A program made the translations under genes and the position numbers. A stretch of DNA of 64,000 nt from Eledone cirrhosa (Eukaryota): assembly GCA_964016885.1 (NCBI GenBank), contig OZ024743.1, positions 25,172,001-25,236,000 on the forward strand. Direction: 5' to 3'. The notes below the pieces were generated by a model. It was not told where the DNA came from, searched no databases, and was given only the letters and a program-made list of their open reading frames with translations. This document shows, piece by piece, positions 32,150 to 45,337 of this stretch (positions within the stretch are counted from its first letter, which is position 1; each line of letters opens with the position of its first letter).

Positions 32150-32150
<1 letters not shown>
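30645..32150 (+). mobile_element. probable PLE 3' region with 5' inversion, internal tandem duplications and hammerhead
   Basis: 62-bp inverted arms 30645-30706/30905-30966; tandem units of about 112 bp (31075-31300) and about 220 bp (31418-31860); HHR at 31957; ends at (TA)n. Confidence 0.5.
31957..32023 (+). ncRNA. type I hammerhead ribozyme motif (PLE-type)
   Basis: UUUUAU-CUGAUGA-[stem II CAAAUAUU/GAUGUUUG]-GAAA-UGCGCA-UA-AUAAAA. Perfect 6-bp stem I; palindromic stem III AUGCGCAU; AUA site. Confidence 0.82.
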
Positions 32151-32244
<94 letters not shown>

Positions 32245-32251
32245 ATGTATG

Positions 32252-32315
<64 letters not shown>

Positions 32316-32392
32316 GTATGTGTAAAAATGATATATATAATATACATATACATATACCATAGGTGTATAATATATATATATATGTGTGTGTG

Positions 32393-32430
<38 letters not shown>

Positions 32431-32699
32431 CATATATACATATATATATATATTATACACTTATGGTATATGTATATATATTATATTTATCATTTTTATA
32501 AGACTAGAGTTGTGCAATCTACACTTCAATCAGTTAATAGTGATGTCAATAGAATAAAGCACTTGATGACATGTACCAATCCAAGTTCGTTTTCGTATTC
32601 CAAGGCGGAGTATACGCACAGTACAATAAATATTAGCGAAGGCTTTATAAAATAGTGCATACATTAATTCAGGTATTATACGTATTTCTCTGGCGTCGA

Positions 32700-34090
32700 A
32701 AATTACGCGGTCAGACCTAATTCACCAAACAGGCGTTGCTTTGGCTGAGCCATCTGTGACCGTTGTTATGGATCAATGTTTCAACTAGAGTTGTTTTTTG
32801 CATGGTATGAAACCCCTGTATTTGTTCTGTATTTGCTTATCATCTTATCTTAAGTACCTGATGCAAAGTGCGTTGATGGAAAGCTTCTAATTTGCATAGG
32901 TGGTGAGTAAGCATGGACCACATCTCACTGTCGTATATCAATGATGGGAGAACTATGGCTTTGTACACTGTGGGTTTGGTTGCAAACGATAGGCTTTCGC
33001 GATTCCACACTCTGACATTAATGGAGATGAAAGCAGCAGCACAACAAGCTATTCTGCGCTTAATATCTGAATCTATGGAAGAATCCTCGGTCATATCTCT
33101 TCCATTTAGGTAAAATTTCTGACACTTTTAAAAGTGAAATCTTTAATCTTAATTGATGGTAGATTCACACGGCCAGCATGCATGACCTGTATTTCCGTCT
33201 TGCTAACTGTAAGCTCCCATTATTTTCAGAAATTACTCAAAGTAATAGCTACGTTTCGCAGAGAGAGTGCACATAATGTAGCCATCACTTCGTCATCTGC
33301 ATATTACAAGTCATCCTGTTTTAATGTACTGGTTGACTTTGACTTAAGTCGACATAAATTGAAGAGGTTGCCATCAAGCTTGTAGGGACATAAATGCCAA
33401 AGTTCGGCATCGTTTTGTGTACATGACGTTAGACAAAGGTGAAAAATAGTACAGAGTATTGGTGCGAGAATGCAACCCCGGCGAAGACAAGTTCACACTT
33501 TTAATTCCTCTGAGGTCACCGCTGATGTAAGTCTGACATGCATGCCATTATGGAAGCTTCTAATGATATTGATTAACTTGGTGGGTATTCCAATTATGAA
33601 AGTGTGTGCCACATGATGTTCTTCACTGTCTCAAAGTCTTTACCAGGTCCACAAAGTGCAGTTCTTCGTGTTGTTCACAACACTTCACAAGAAGCTGACG
33701 TAAGGTGAACATTTAATCGTTTGTGGACCTATTTCCCCTAAACTCACACTGTACTTCTGAAAGGAATTTCTCAACAATCGGCCAGATTCGGTTCAGGGTA
33801 GCCTTCGCGAAGTGTTTCCATGTCATGGTTAACAGAGTGATGCCTCTGGGTTTTCCACAAATGAAGCAACTATTCTTCTTATTGAAAAATTTCTCCATCC
33901 TTGAAATCTTGTGGCGCTTGTTCCCCTTGCCAAATAGAATGGAGACGTTTCAGCTGTTCTTCTTGGAGATTATAGCCACATATTTTCATGATTTCTGTCG
34001 GGATGCAGTCTTGTCTTGGAGCTTTGTTGCATCAGAGCTGATTAAGAGCTTTTGAGAGCTCCTCGGCTGTGGATAGATTTTTCCAGTTCC
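32700..34090 (-). mobile_element. degraded RTE-BovB-like LINE RT fragment
   Basis: RGITLL...SEVQCEFRGNRST, GCILAP, DIKRRIA...VYKAIVLPSLIYDSEMW...LEAFHQR. Confidence 0.78.
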
Positions 34091-34173
34091 AAGAAACGAT
34101 CGTAAAACAATGAATGAGATATGTAAAATAACTTGCTTTTATTATCATTCTTAAATAAAATAATATGTAATAC

Positions 34174-34327
<154 letters not shown>

Positions 34328-34498
34328 AGGTCCGTTGGTTCCGAGGTTGCGTCTGTGCGTATAACGTTCTATAATAGAGAAAGGAATAATAATAATTATT
34401 ATATATATATATATATACCACCACCCCACTCTCAAGAGCGTGAAATTAATAAACATTTGTTTGTACTGCCTCTCTGTTTTGTTCCCGTTCAATTTTTC

Positions 34499-34545
<47 letters not shown>

Positions 34546-34740
34546 ACATACATACATACATATACATTATACATATATATACATATATATACATACATAT
34601 ATATACACATATACGCACATACATATATATATATATATACATATATACACATATATATATATGTACATATTCACACACACACATATATATATATATACAT
34701 GTGTGGGAGAGTGAGGGAGAGGGGAGAGAGAGAGAGGGCT

Positions 34741-34857
<117 letters not shown>

Positions 34858-35469
34858 CGCTTATATGTGGCAGCTATGAAAACCAATACGGGTGCCCGTT
34901 AGATATTAAACCGTATACGTTAGAATGCTTAACACTAATAAAATAAAGAGGAATCATAGAAAAAGAAAGACTCTAAACTGTTTCTAGTGGCATGGGCCAA
35001 CAGTAAAACAGATAATCATTCAAATGTCTTTCCGGTAATGTGCTTAATGCTTTGAGTCATAAAATGCACACGTGTGCGTGTATACCTCTAGAGAAACATG
35101 TAAATGTCTGCTGTCGACTTTACTTCCCGTTGTAAAATTCACGATTAATTAAACTTCAGTTAAAGGTGGATGGAAATGTACACGTTTGTTTTTTGTTTGG
35201 TTTTATAATGTTAAAGCTCTTAATTATTTTATAGATAATATTGTGAAATATAAAATGCTTACTAATTGGTTTTATTGTTCGTGGTATATTATTTTATCTA
35301 TTTTATCTATTCATTTACTTAATAGTCGGTGCTGAGTATTGTGAACCAGTGTGTTGTCAAGGGTAACAGCAACGTCTTCGTCTTAATATTCGTCTTAATA
35401 CAGGGCATCTAAGGGAAATCAATCTTGCGGAACTAATCCCTCGTAAGGAAGGAGTTATTATTAGTAGTC

Positions 35470-35888
35470 TTAAATGTACAAAGAAATGCGGTAAAACTGG
35501 TTGAAATAATTTTGATGAAAGGTCAACTTAATCAGCAGCATCAGCAACAACACAATAATAATTGTTTCTACTTTTGGCACAAGGCCAGCAATTATTCCAG
35601 TGCATTACTGGTACTTTATTTTATCGACCCCCGTAAGGTTGAAAGGCAAAGTTAACATCGGCGGGATTTGATCGTAATGGCCCGTAACTGAGTTCAAATG
35701 AGGTTAACTTTGCCTTTCATCCTTACGAAGTCAATAAAATAAAGTACCAGTAATGCACTGGATTAATTGCTGGCCTTGTGCCAAAAGTAGAAACAATTAT
35801 TATTGTATTGTTGTTGATGCTGCTGATTAAGTTGACCTTTCATCAATATTATTTCAACCTATTTTATCGCATTTCTTTGTATATTTAA
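35470..35888. repeat. about 190-bp-arm palindrome built from a SINE 3' half plus its flank
   Basis: Arms about 35470-35659 / 35700-35888 include the SINE body and about 85 bp of non-SINE flank. Confidence 0.85.
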
Positions 35889-36081
35889 AATTACATATCT
35901 TTTATTTCTTTTAAGGATGTAGTATATCATTTGAGGGATATTTTGATGTGTGTTCGACCTCATGTAACGACCCTCATACAAGCCCCCTCGAAGTATAAAC
36001 TCTTCTACTTGAAGTATATACTGCGAACTTCAAATTCGCAAATATGTCCTCAATGTTAGAGTAATGACGTTAAGTGTAGTA

Positions 36082-36270
36082 GGGCGGTGAATTGGCAGTA
36101 TCAGTAGCGAGTCTGACGCCATGCTTTGCAGCATAGAGTTACGTCCCTTTATAGTCTGAGTTCAAATCCTGCCGAGGTTAACTTTGCCTTTCATCCTTAC
36201 GGGGTCGATAAAATAAAGTACCAGTAATGTACTGGGATAATTGCTGGCCTCGTGCTAAAAATAGAAACAG
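36082..36270 (+). mobile_element. full-length tRNA-derived SINE (Nin/Deu-like domain)
   Basis: gggcggtgaattggcagtatc...gagttcaaatcctgccgaggttaactttgcctttcatccttacggggtcgataaaataaagtaccag. Confidence 0.8.
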
Positions 36271-39219
36271 TTAAGTGTAGTAGTAAGCTATTCCATTCAT
36301 TGATATCTATTTACAAATTGTGAGGATTAATTTGATGAGAGATATGTTTTTCTATTATCTCAAGAAGGCGAATCAATACCCTTAAACATTACAATCCAGA
36401 CTACAGTAATGAGGTCGATGACGCGGTTGAGATTTAATTTGGATTTCTGTAGGTTGCTGAAGATCGGGAGCTGGAGAGTAGCATTTCTGGTGTAGAGTTT
36501 TGGTGAGGATTTAGGTGAAAATGGTTAGCAGCTTACATGTGCAGATGTGCAGAGACTGTTGTAGTATCGGCACAAAAGATAGAGAGGGTGTTAAAGAAGG
36601 AGGAGAGACACAGAGAAACAGTAAACTAGTAGTTATAATGTTTTTCAGTGAACATTTCCAATTAGTATACGTCTTCAGGTATGTTGTGGAATACCTCCGC
36701 GAGCATCGCTGACCGAGTGAGAATATTGTTGGTGCTGTGACGCAACACAACTTAACTCCTAAAAAATTATGCCAGTGATTGGAGACTTGTTAAAAAGAGG
36801 GGGATTTTCTGACCATCCAAATCTAAGTACCTTCAACATTTACGATAGGTTTACTGTTTTTTTGTCTTTGTGACAAAAATCATATAATGCCTTGTTATGT
36901 TCCATACGTATTCCTGGGTCTTGATAGACGCAGCGGAGTTGATTCATAGTGTTTGCTTCACTTTCGAAAGTGCATTGATAGCGAGGACCTATAGCAAGCA
37001 GGTGAAGGTCGATTAATAGTGAGTGATAAAATATGTGGTGTTAGCATTTTCATTGCGTTTCACAGTGAAACTAAAATAGAATGAGTCTTAAAAACGGCAT
37101 GCCTTATATGTAAAATTATATATGTGTGTGTGTCAATCACCCGCGTAATTCTCAAAGTGACGTGTAGTCAATTCTGAGAAAGAGATGCATTCACTCGAAA
37201 AATTACCAATACAGTAGTTTATCGATTCTGGAAGAATAAGAAAATAACGTTGACTTTCGAATAGTTTGAATTCAGAATATAAAGCACCGGTAAAAATATC
37301 GCAAATCATTTTGTCCGATGTTCAAACGATTTTACCAAACTCTCGATTTTTTCTGGATACAATAGCAAAATAAGAAAATAAATTATGTGGGTGAGTTTGT
37401 GGAATGTTATTCATTTCCAAGTGAATACTTATCAGGATGAAATATTGCCTCTCGTCGGTCTGCGATCAATAAAATAGAGACAATATATCAAATGTCATTA
37501 AGCTTTGCCATATTTATACTACATTCAAGAACTGGCTTCATTTCTAAGATTCCGATACTGGGATTTCTACCTAAGCCCCGCGTTTATTTAAAGAATGAAT
37601 AAAATGTGTTTTTGACTGACATGACTCCTTTCTGTGATATTGACACCTATTTTATCTGCCACTAGTGAAACCCTGGAAATGAAAAATGTTGACCTCGGCC
37701 ATATTGAACTTAGTAGGAAAACTAGTTAATATAAAGTATTCAAATATTCTTCATTCTCCCCGCATCTTCTTAGCTATCCCATCACCCTAAGATCATATAC
37801 TTTTTTTTAGTAGCTGTCACGTGTATTGTAATACCAGACGTACATTTTCTGATGGATAGAGCCCTTGGTCAGCGTTCGATTCTTTGTTGATACAAACTTA
37901 TATTGCTTATATTTTTATCATTAAAATAACATGTCACCAATAGTGTCTTCATAGATACCTGGCTTTGCTGCTAGAATAATTCTGCTAGAAATATGTAACT
38001 AGGTATGCGATCTCAATCTGATTTAATAATTCAGTAACCTAACTAAAACTTTTTAATAAGGGACGAACATTACAATTTCCATATACATTCCTTTTAAGAT
38101 AAACATTTCTTTGTACTTATTTAATATATTCTATACTACCCAGCTACAATATATATAATCATATAAACGTTATATATTTTGAAAAAATTGTTTTAAAGTA
38201 TGTTTTTTTCTGATCGTGTCCAGTGTTGGTGATAGGATTAGCAATATCTTATTAATACTCCCAGGGCCGCGGCATGGACGCTCCTATCTTGACCCCTGTT
38301 TAAAACCTTTCATTTGTCCGAGAATGTTGATGTACTGAGGAATTTTGTGTTCAGGTTACCTAGAAGATGGTTCAGCTAAGCTTCATAAGTATGAACCAAA
38401 AATAAACGATCAAATATAGAAGCTAAAATAAAATTCTGCTTTTAGATTTTTCTAACTTTCTCGGAAAATACATAGATCTTCAAAGTAATTTACTAATATA
38501 CATAATACTATTAAATGAAAACTTTTCCAATCAGTTACATTTTCCAATCTGTATTGTAATGCTTAGAAGATGGAGATTTTCTTTCTCTCGTGGACTCTAA
38601 CAATTCACAAAATATCGCAGCCTCTGACCTTCTTGAAAAGATGTGATGCAATGCAAAATTTCAGCTACATAGTTGCATAATTTCGAGGTACAACGTGAAA
38701 TTTACAGACACACATTCACTTTTGTATAATAATATTTCCTTTCATAGATGAAAGCGCTGTAGAGACAATATTGAATTGAGGAGTAAAAGTCATCGACGAC
38801 AAATAATCTCAATTCTCTATGACTACAAATATGCAGAGCTTTTGTCTTTGTAGATTCTCAGGCCAATAAAATTTTAGGCAATTATAAACTATCAGATTTA
38901 TCATGCATATTACATATTGCCTGAATCCAGAGAGAAAAGGTAGGGAACTCCCAGGAAAATGAAGATGCAAATACAAGCATACAGACATAACATATGTGTC
39001 TTCACACAAACATCCACAAAACTGTATGGATGCATACATATGTATAGGTAGACACACATAATTGTATGTGCTCAGATCGTACGGACTATTCCCACGGAAT
39101 GTATCTCTAGAATGCGACATTAACTATAAACCTAACATTTGATCACTAGACCTAAACATGAAATTATGTTTCTTAGATTTACAGTCGTATATAATGAAAT
39201 CCATGTACATATAGGTAAG

Positions 39220-39281
<62 letters not shown>

Positions 39282-39292
39282 ATATGTATATA

Positions 39293-39328
<36 letters not shown>

Positions 39329-39342
39329 CATGTATATATGTA

Positions 39343-39416
<74 letters not shown>

Positions 39417-39501
39417 CATAAACATATATATATACATATATATATATATAGATATATACACATATGTATTTACATGCGCATATACACACATACACTCATA
39501 T

Positions 39502-39560
<59 letters not shown>

Positions 39561-39631
39561 AATATATGCATGCATAGATAAAAATAAAATATATGTATAC
39601 ATATGTGCATACACACACATGCGCAGTCCCT

Positions 39632-39678
<47 letters not shown>

Positions 39679-39967
39679 CGCAGACATTTCTAAGTATATA
39701 TTTTATCGTTCTCGTCTCTATTTCTTTTACCTATTCTTTTGTACTTAATTATTTATTCCTTTATATTAATTTTGTAGCTAATTCGATTATTATTATTATT
39801 ATTATTATCATTATTACTATCACTATTATTATTATTATTACTATCACTATTATTATTATGGTTCATAGCCATTTAAGATTTCGATCCATGTCTTACAGAA
39901 TAAAGCGATAGGCACTAAAGCCTCCTCGAGCATGAATTTGTGTTTGTATATATACATACATATATAT

Positions 39968-40035
<68 letters not shown>

Positions 40036-40074
40036 GCATACATACACACACATATATATATATATACACACACA

Positions 40075-40128
<54 letters not shown>

Positions 40129-40139
40129 CACACACACAT

Positions 40140-40251
<112 letters not shown>

Positions 40252-40750
40252 TACACGCACTCTGCCACTCGCACATAGAACACATAGAAACACATAGTTA
40301 CATATAGATATATTTATACGCACACACACACATACACACACACACACACATATATATATACATATATACATATATATGTATATTCATACATGCATAAATT
40401 TACATATATCTGTATGTATATTTGCTGATGTATCAGTATGTGAGAGATTGTGTGTGAAGAGTTTAATATTTAACTTCTCTTTAAAGGATTTAACATCAGT
40501 CAGAATGGGTTTTTTTTATTTCTTACTTTTTTTTCAATTCAGTTATTATTATTAGATAGTTTCTTACTTTCTTCCATTTTATTTTCCTTTATTACCATTC
40601 TCCGGTAATATAATGCCTACTAAAACTTACCAAACAAATATCACTGATTTTTACATTAGAATTTGCCTGCATATTCTTGACAGTATCATCACCACCACCA
40701 TATGATGATGATGATGATGATGATGATAATGATGATCATTATCATCATCA

Positions 40751-40806
<56 letters not shown>

Positions 40807-41439
40807 GATGAGCTCTAAAATTTTCTCTGAAAAGCTTTTTCGACTAAATATTGCTACCCGCCATTTGATTTTATGTGCTTTTGTCGTTTTATTTGAGGGT
40901 GGGTTGGGTGTACAGTGTTTTACTGTGTTGTTTTCTTTCTCTTGCTAAATTTTCTTCCCTTGCTTTTCTTTACGACATCCTTACTTTTACATTCAATCTT
41001 TAAATTCACGTTTCTTATTTTCGTGTTTCTAATTATCGATATCATTATTATTATCATTATTATTATTATTAATATTATTATTGTTATTGCTAGTATTATT
41101 ATTGCTAGTATTAGTATTATTATATGCTATTGCTTTAAAGGTGTTTTTTGTTGAAAGTTTTAAAGAAGTTTTAAAGTGTTTTCTCTCTTTATACATCAAA
41201 AGACAAGAACATTTATTTATTCATTTATATATTCAATTTTTTTCTACACTAGAAGCATGACATACATTCACATAAGCTTAGATATCTTACCCTCACGACT
41301 ATATGTATGTAAGTATTTATGTATATATATGTATATATGTATGTATGTATGTTTGTATGCATGTGTGTATGTGTGTATGTATGTAAGTATGTATGTATGT
41401 ATGTACGTATGTATGTATATATGTATGTATGTTTGTATG

Positions 41440-41470
<31 letters not shown>

Positions 41471-42515
41471 ATATTATGTATGTATATATGTATGTATGTA
41501 TATATGTATGTATGTCTGTATGCATGTGTGCATGTGTGTGTATATATGTAAGTATGTATGTATATATGTATGTATGTGTATATGTATATATGTATATATG
41601 CATATATGTTTGTATATATGTATGTATGTATATATGTATATATGTATGTATATATGTAGATATGTACATATGCATGATGTATGTATGTTTGTATGTATGT
41701 GTGTATATGTGTATGTATGTAAGTATGTACACACACACATATATATATATAGAGAGAGATATGTGTGTGTATGTATGTGTATATATATATACTAATACAC
41801 GTTCATGAATCTCTATAAAAATATATAAAATGTCGATATAAACAGCCTATAAAGATAGCTACGAAATTACGGTAACTCCATTTTCACTTATCGCTTCTGC
41901 TGTTTTTACTGTTCAGATTTTGTTCCAGTCTCGCTTCTTTGTTTTCAACATTTTTTATTTTATTATTGTCACTTCCCTTTCCTCAATTTTCTTCTTCTTC
42001 TCCATACTATTATCTTTATTACTGTTATTATTTTCTGTTTCAAGAAGCAATTGACATCATAAGCGTCGTTCTAACTGGTTTATTTCTTTTTTTTTTCTTT
42101 TTCATCTCTTTCTTTCGTACGCCGGCCCAGTAATCATTGATACACTTCGGTTGTTTTCGGTGAATGTTGTTTCGTAAATAACACGAGAATATCTTAATAT
42201 AAGTCAAATTCTCATTTGCCATTACGATCCGGTTGAGATTTGTGACGTCGTAACTAAATTAGTATATGATAGTTTACGATCTTTTTTTTTTTTTTATTAA
42301 TATCATAGTAAATTGAAGTCAGTGTGTGGTGTGGTATTAGATAAGTATTAGTTGGTGGGGGTTTAATGGATAAAATGACCTGATACAAAATCAGAACATT
42401 TGCATTCACTCGCAACGAAAGAGACACTATACATATTTAAAATATATGTTTAGACACACTAATGCTCTGCAACAAGAACACAACACACAGAGACACTCAC
42501 ACATATGTATATGCG

Positions 42516-42550
<35 letters not shown>

Positions 42551-42552
42551 AC

Positions 42553-42590
<38 letters not shown>

Positions 42591-42592
<2 letters not shown>

Positions 42593-44029
42593 GGGATAAC
42601 AGATTATTGTTATAGTTAGTCCACTTAGATGTCGTCGAGTTAGGGTACTCCGAGTAGTGGATAGTATTAACGCTTGGCTAAGTTTAACTCAACAAGACGT
42701 TTCCATAGTGATGCTGCGAGTACGCGGTCATTTCTATGTAGTTTACACTTGGAGTAATAATAAATCAAGAAAGAAGAGTGACATGGTTTGCTATACAATA
42801 AGGGCTTTATTCACATTGCTGACAATTGTTTCTCTGAACTGGTAGGTCTAGAGATCGCTACCCGCCTGTTTTTGCGTCAATCGATCACCAATACTTTGTT
42901 ATAACCAGTCTATTCGTCAGAGCATGCGAGAATGAAGGAAACACACAGGCATGGCTTCTATATATAGTAGTGGCATTAAATCAGAACAATAATAACGATA
43001 CTCAAATAAATTAGCTAGTAAATAGTTAAAATAATCACAACATTAACCTAAGTAAGAAATAGAGTATACTGATGACTTTAGCATGTAAAACGAGCTGATA
43101 CGAAACAGATCTATGAAATTGACATGTAAAAGCTGTCATGGGGTATATTATATATAGTGTAGAGATAACCTGGGGCTTGAAATAATAGACCATTTACTTT
43201 ATTGTAGGTTTGCTGACCGTAAGATTTATTTATTATCTGACAGATAAAATATTTTCATTGTAGTGAGGATGGTAATCTTTATGTGGTGTAAAGCGGATTC
43301 ATTATTTAAGTGGTCTATATTAGATGAAGGGATTGTTAGTTCGAATCATGGGGGTTGTTTAGCTTTCACAGGTCCAATAACAAATCATGCATGAATAAGA
43401 CAGCAATAATATAGGTAATAAGGTAATACAGAGGTTAAGAAAGCAAGGTATATATAGAGAGAACATGATGAATACTATTATGGATACATTGGGGTGTTCA
43501 TTATAACAACAGGAGGAAGGTGATATTTCAAGGACTGTGGTAGTAGTCAAATAATGTACTTAGAATTATCACCTACCAGATAGGTGCCCATTGGCGAACA
43601 GGTGCCTTGATTCGAGCCTAGTGTACATGTGTACGGTGAACTCGGGCAACTCCACTTGGCATTACATTGGATCCACAGCGAGTACGTTTAAAAACAAATT
43701 GACCTTTCTATTTTGTTGGGTAGTCTTTTATCGTTCTTAAGGATATACAGTAATTCAAGGTCGCAGAGCCTACAATAGGGCATACCGGTACTGTATGCCC
43801 TTGCGGCCGACAACCACGACCAGTTGATATTGTAGTCGATGTTTTTGTCCTTAAGTTGCCAGATTATTTTGGCGAGGGTTGTAGAACCTATTAGTGCACA
43901 ATTCTTCATCGAATGTCTGTGCACATACAATCTTTTTTTAAACGTACCCGCGGTGGATCCAATGTAATGCCAAGTGGAGTTGCCCGAGTTCACCGTACAC
44001 ATGTACACTAGGCTCGAATCAAGGCACCT
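42591..44029 (-). mobile_element. Penelope-like retroelement 3' fragment: GIY-YIG endonuclease plus 3' UTR/pLTR with hammerhead
   Basis: Translation CLDSSLVYMCTV...YIGSTAGTFKKR..H..S...STTLAKIIWQLKDKNIDYNINW...AYSTG..CRLCDLE..IL matches PLE-type GIY-YIG domains. HHR downstream; ends in (TA)n. An inverted duplicate lies at 43600-43694. Confidence 0.8.
42814..42926 (-). ncRNA. type I hammerhead ribozyme motif with long stem II, in the PLE 3' region
   Basis: Minus strand: CAUGCU-CUGACGA-[81 nt, ACUGGU/ACCAGU helix]-GAAA-CAAUUG-UC-AGCAAUG. Palindromic stem III ACAAUUGU; GUC site. Lies downstream of the GIY-YIG fragment on the same strand. Confidence 0.78.
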
Positions 44030-45042
44030 TGATAAAATAAATCCGACAGCAAGGTCTCTGATTGGAAGATTGGAGGTTTTGGGGACCGTGGAACCACATT
44101 TAAATTGCCGTTGTTCCCAAGTCCACCCTCCTTGCCTGGGTTGGCATCATCTGTTAGGGTCGCCGCTATGTACAAAAACCACAAATATGTAACTACCTCA
44201 TCACCAGTGTAACCACACGTTTTACATATTGGACGGAAACGTGGAGGTAGCATAGCAGCTTGACCGGAATTGTCTGCCGAGCGGTATGGAAAGGCCAACA
44301 GTCTGCTATGGAATTGTATTGGGCATACCCCATATGGGCGGAAGAGGGCTAATTCCTTTGGGTTAGATAGATGCTCCAACGAACAATATGCTTAAGTCAG
44401 TCCCAGCCTGGGTCGGCCCACTGACTTTACCACTAACCATACATGGTGATATATGTCTCCCCCTGTGTCCACTCCAAGTTATGACACAGGAAGTTCGCAA
44501 GTACGGAAGTGGGTCACATACTTGCTCGCAATTCTAAGGCCAGCACTCTCATACTGTAAAATTCCTAACCCGCTACAGGTTGTCATGAAACAATTACTAC
44601 TATTCGCCAGCAAAACACGGCTGTGCAGCATTCCCGTAAGTATGATGACCCGAAATGACCCCATGGCTCTGATTTGCATAGGCAGACCAGCAAGATTGCA
44701 CTGCTAGTAGAGATTGCTTCTTGGAACGTATTGTTTCTGAAGAAGACCTTATGATCGAACCCACATATTATATCTAATAGTATACAGTTCTCTAACTGAT
44801 TTAGATCTATCAATGTATCGATATGATCAATCCTCCGAAACGATCGTAAAACAATGAATTAGATATGTAAAATAACTTGCCTTTGTTAAATAAAATAATA
44901 TGTAATACATCCGACTCTGTATCTGAAAGACTGACTCAGCGAAATATGGAACCAATCACTGGATCTCACTGAACTACATGCTAACGGATTACATTGAATT
45001 GTAACCACGGTAGAATTCTAATCAAGGTAGACTACATGGAAT
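44030..45042 (+). mobile_element. probable PLE 3'/pLTR fragment
   Basis: Carries the 44730 hammerhead and ends in a TA run. The post-GAAA sequence recurs at 34093-34153 next to (TA)n. Confidence 0.5.
44730..44855 (+). ncRNA. type I hammerhead ribozyme motif with long stem II
   Basis: AUUGUUU-CUGAAGA-[93 nt]-GAAA-CGAUCG-UA-AAACAAU. Perfect 7-bp stem I; palindromic stem III ACGAUCGU. Stem II base pairs poorly (decayed). Confidence 0.7.
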
Positions 45043-45337
45043 ATATATATTGTTGTATGGTTGCAAGAAAAAACGCGTCCGTAGGCGGTATGCCGGTTGA
45101 GCACTCCATGCTTTCGCAGAGTAGAGTATAATACTATAAGAAGAAAGGAACAAGGATTCAGTATTGTATCATAACATATTTAATAACATATTACATATCT
45201 TTCACTATCGATCAGCTTGAGGAAAGACTTATTATAGATCGAACCTGACTCTCTAATCGCAAGATCGTCAGATATGTTTCCTATGTGATCTAGTCTCCGA
45301 TTCTTTCCTCGAGGTCTTCCTTCGAGCTGATCGATAA

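Noticed and set aside
43064-43114. Plus-strand CTGATGA...GAAACAGATC hammerhead-like string
   Set aside because: Stem I is only about 4 bp and stem III is mismatched; compatible with chance.
44008-44379. 123-aa minus-strand ORF upstream of the GIY-YIG fragment
   Set aside because: No recognisable RT or linker motifs and not in frame with the EN; cannot be assigned.
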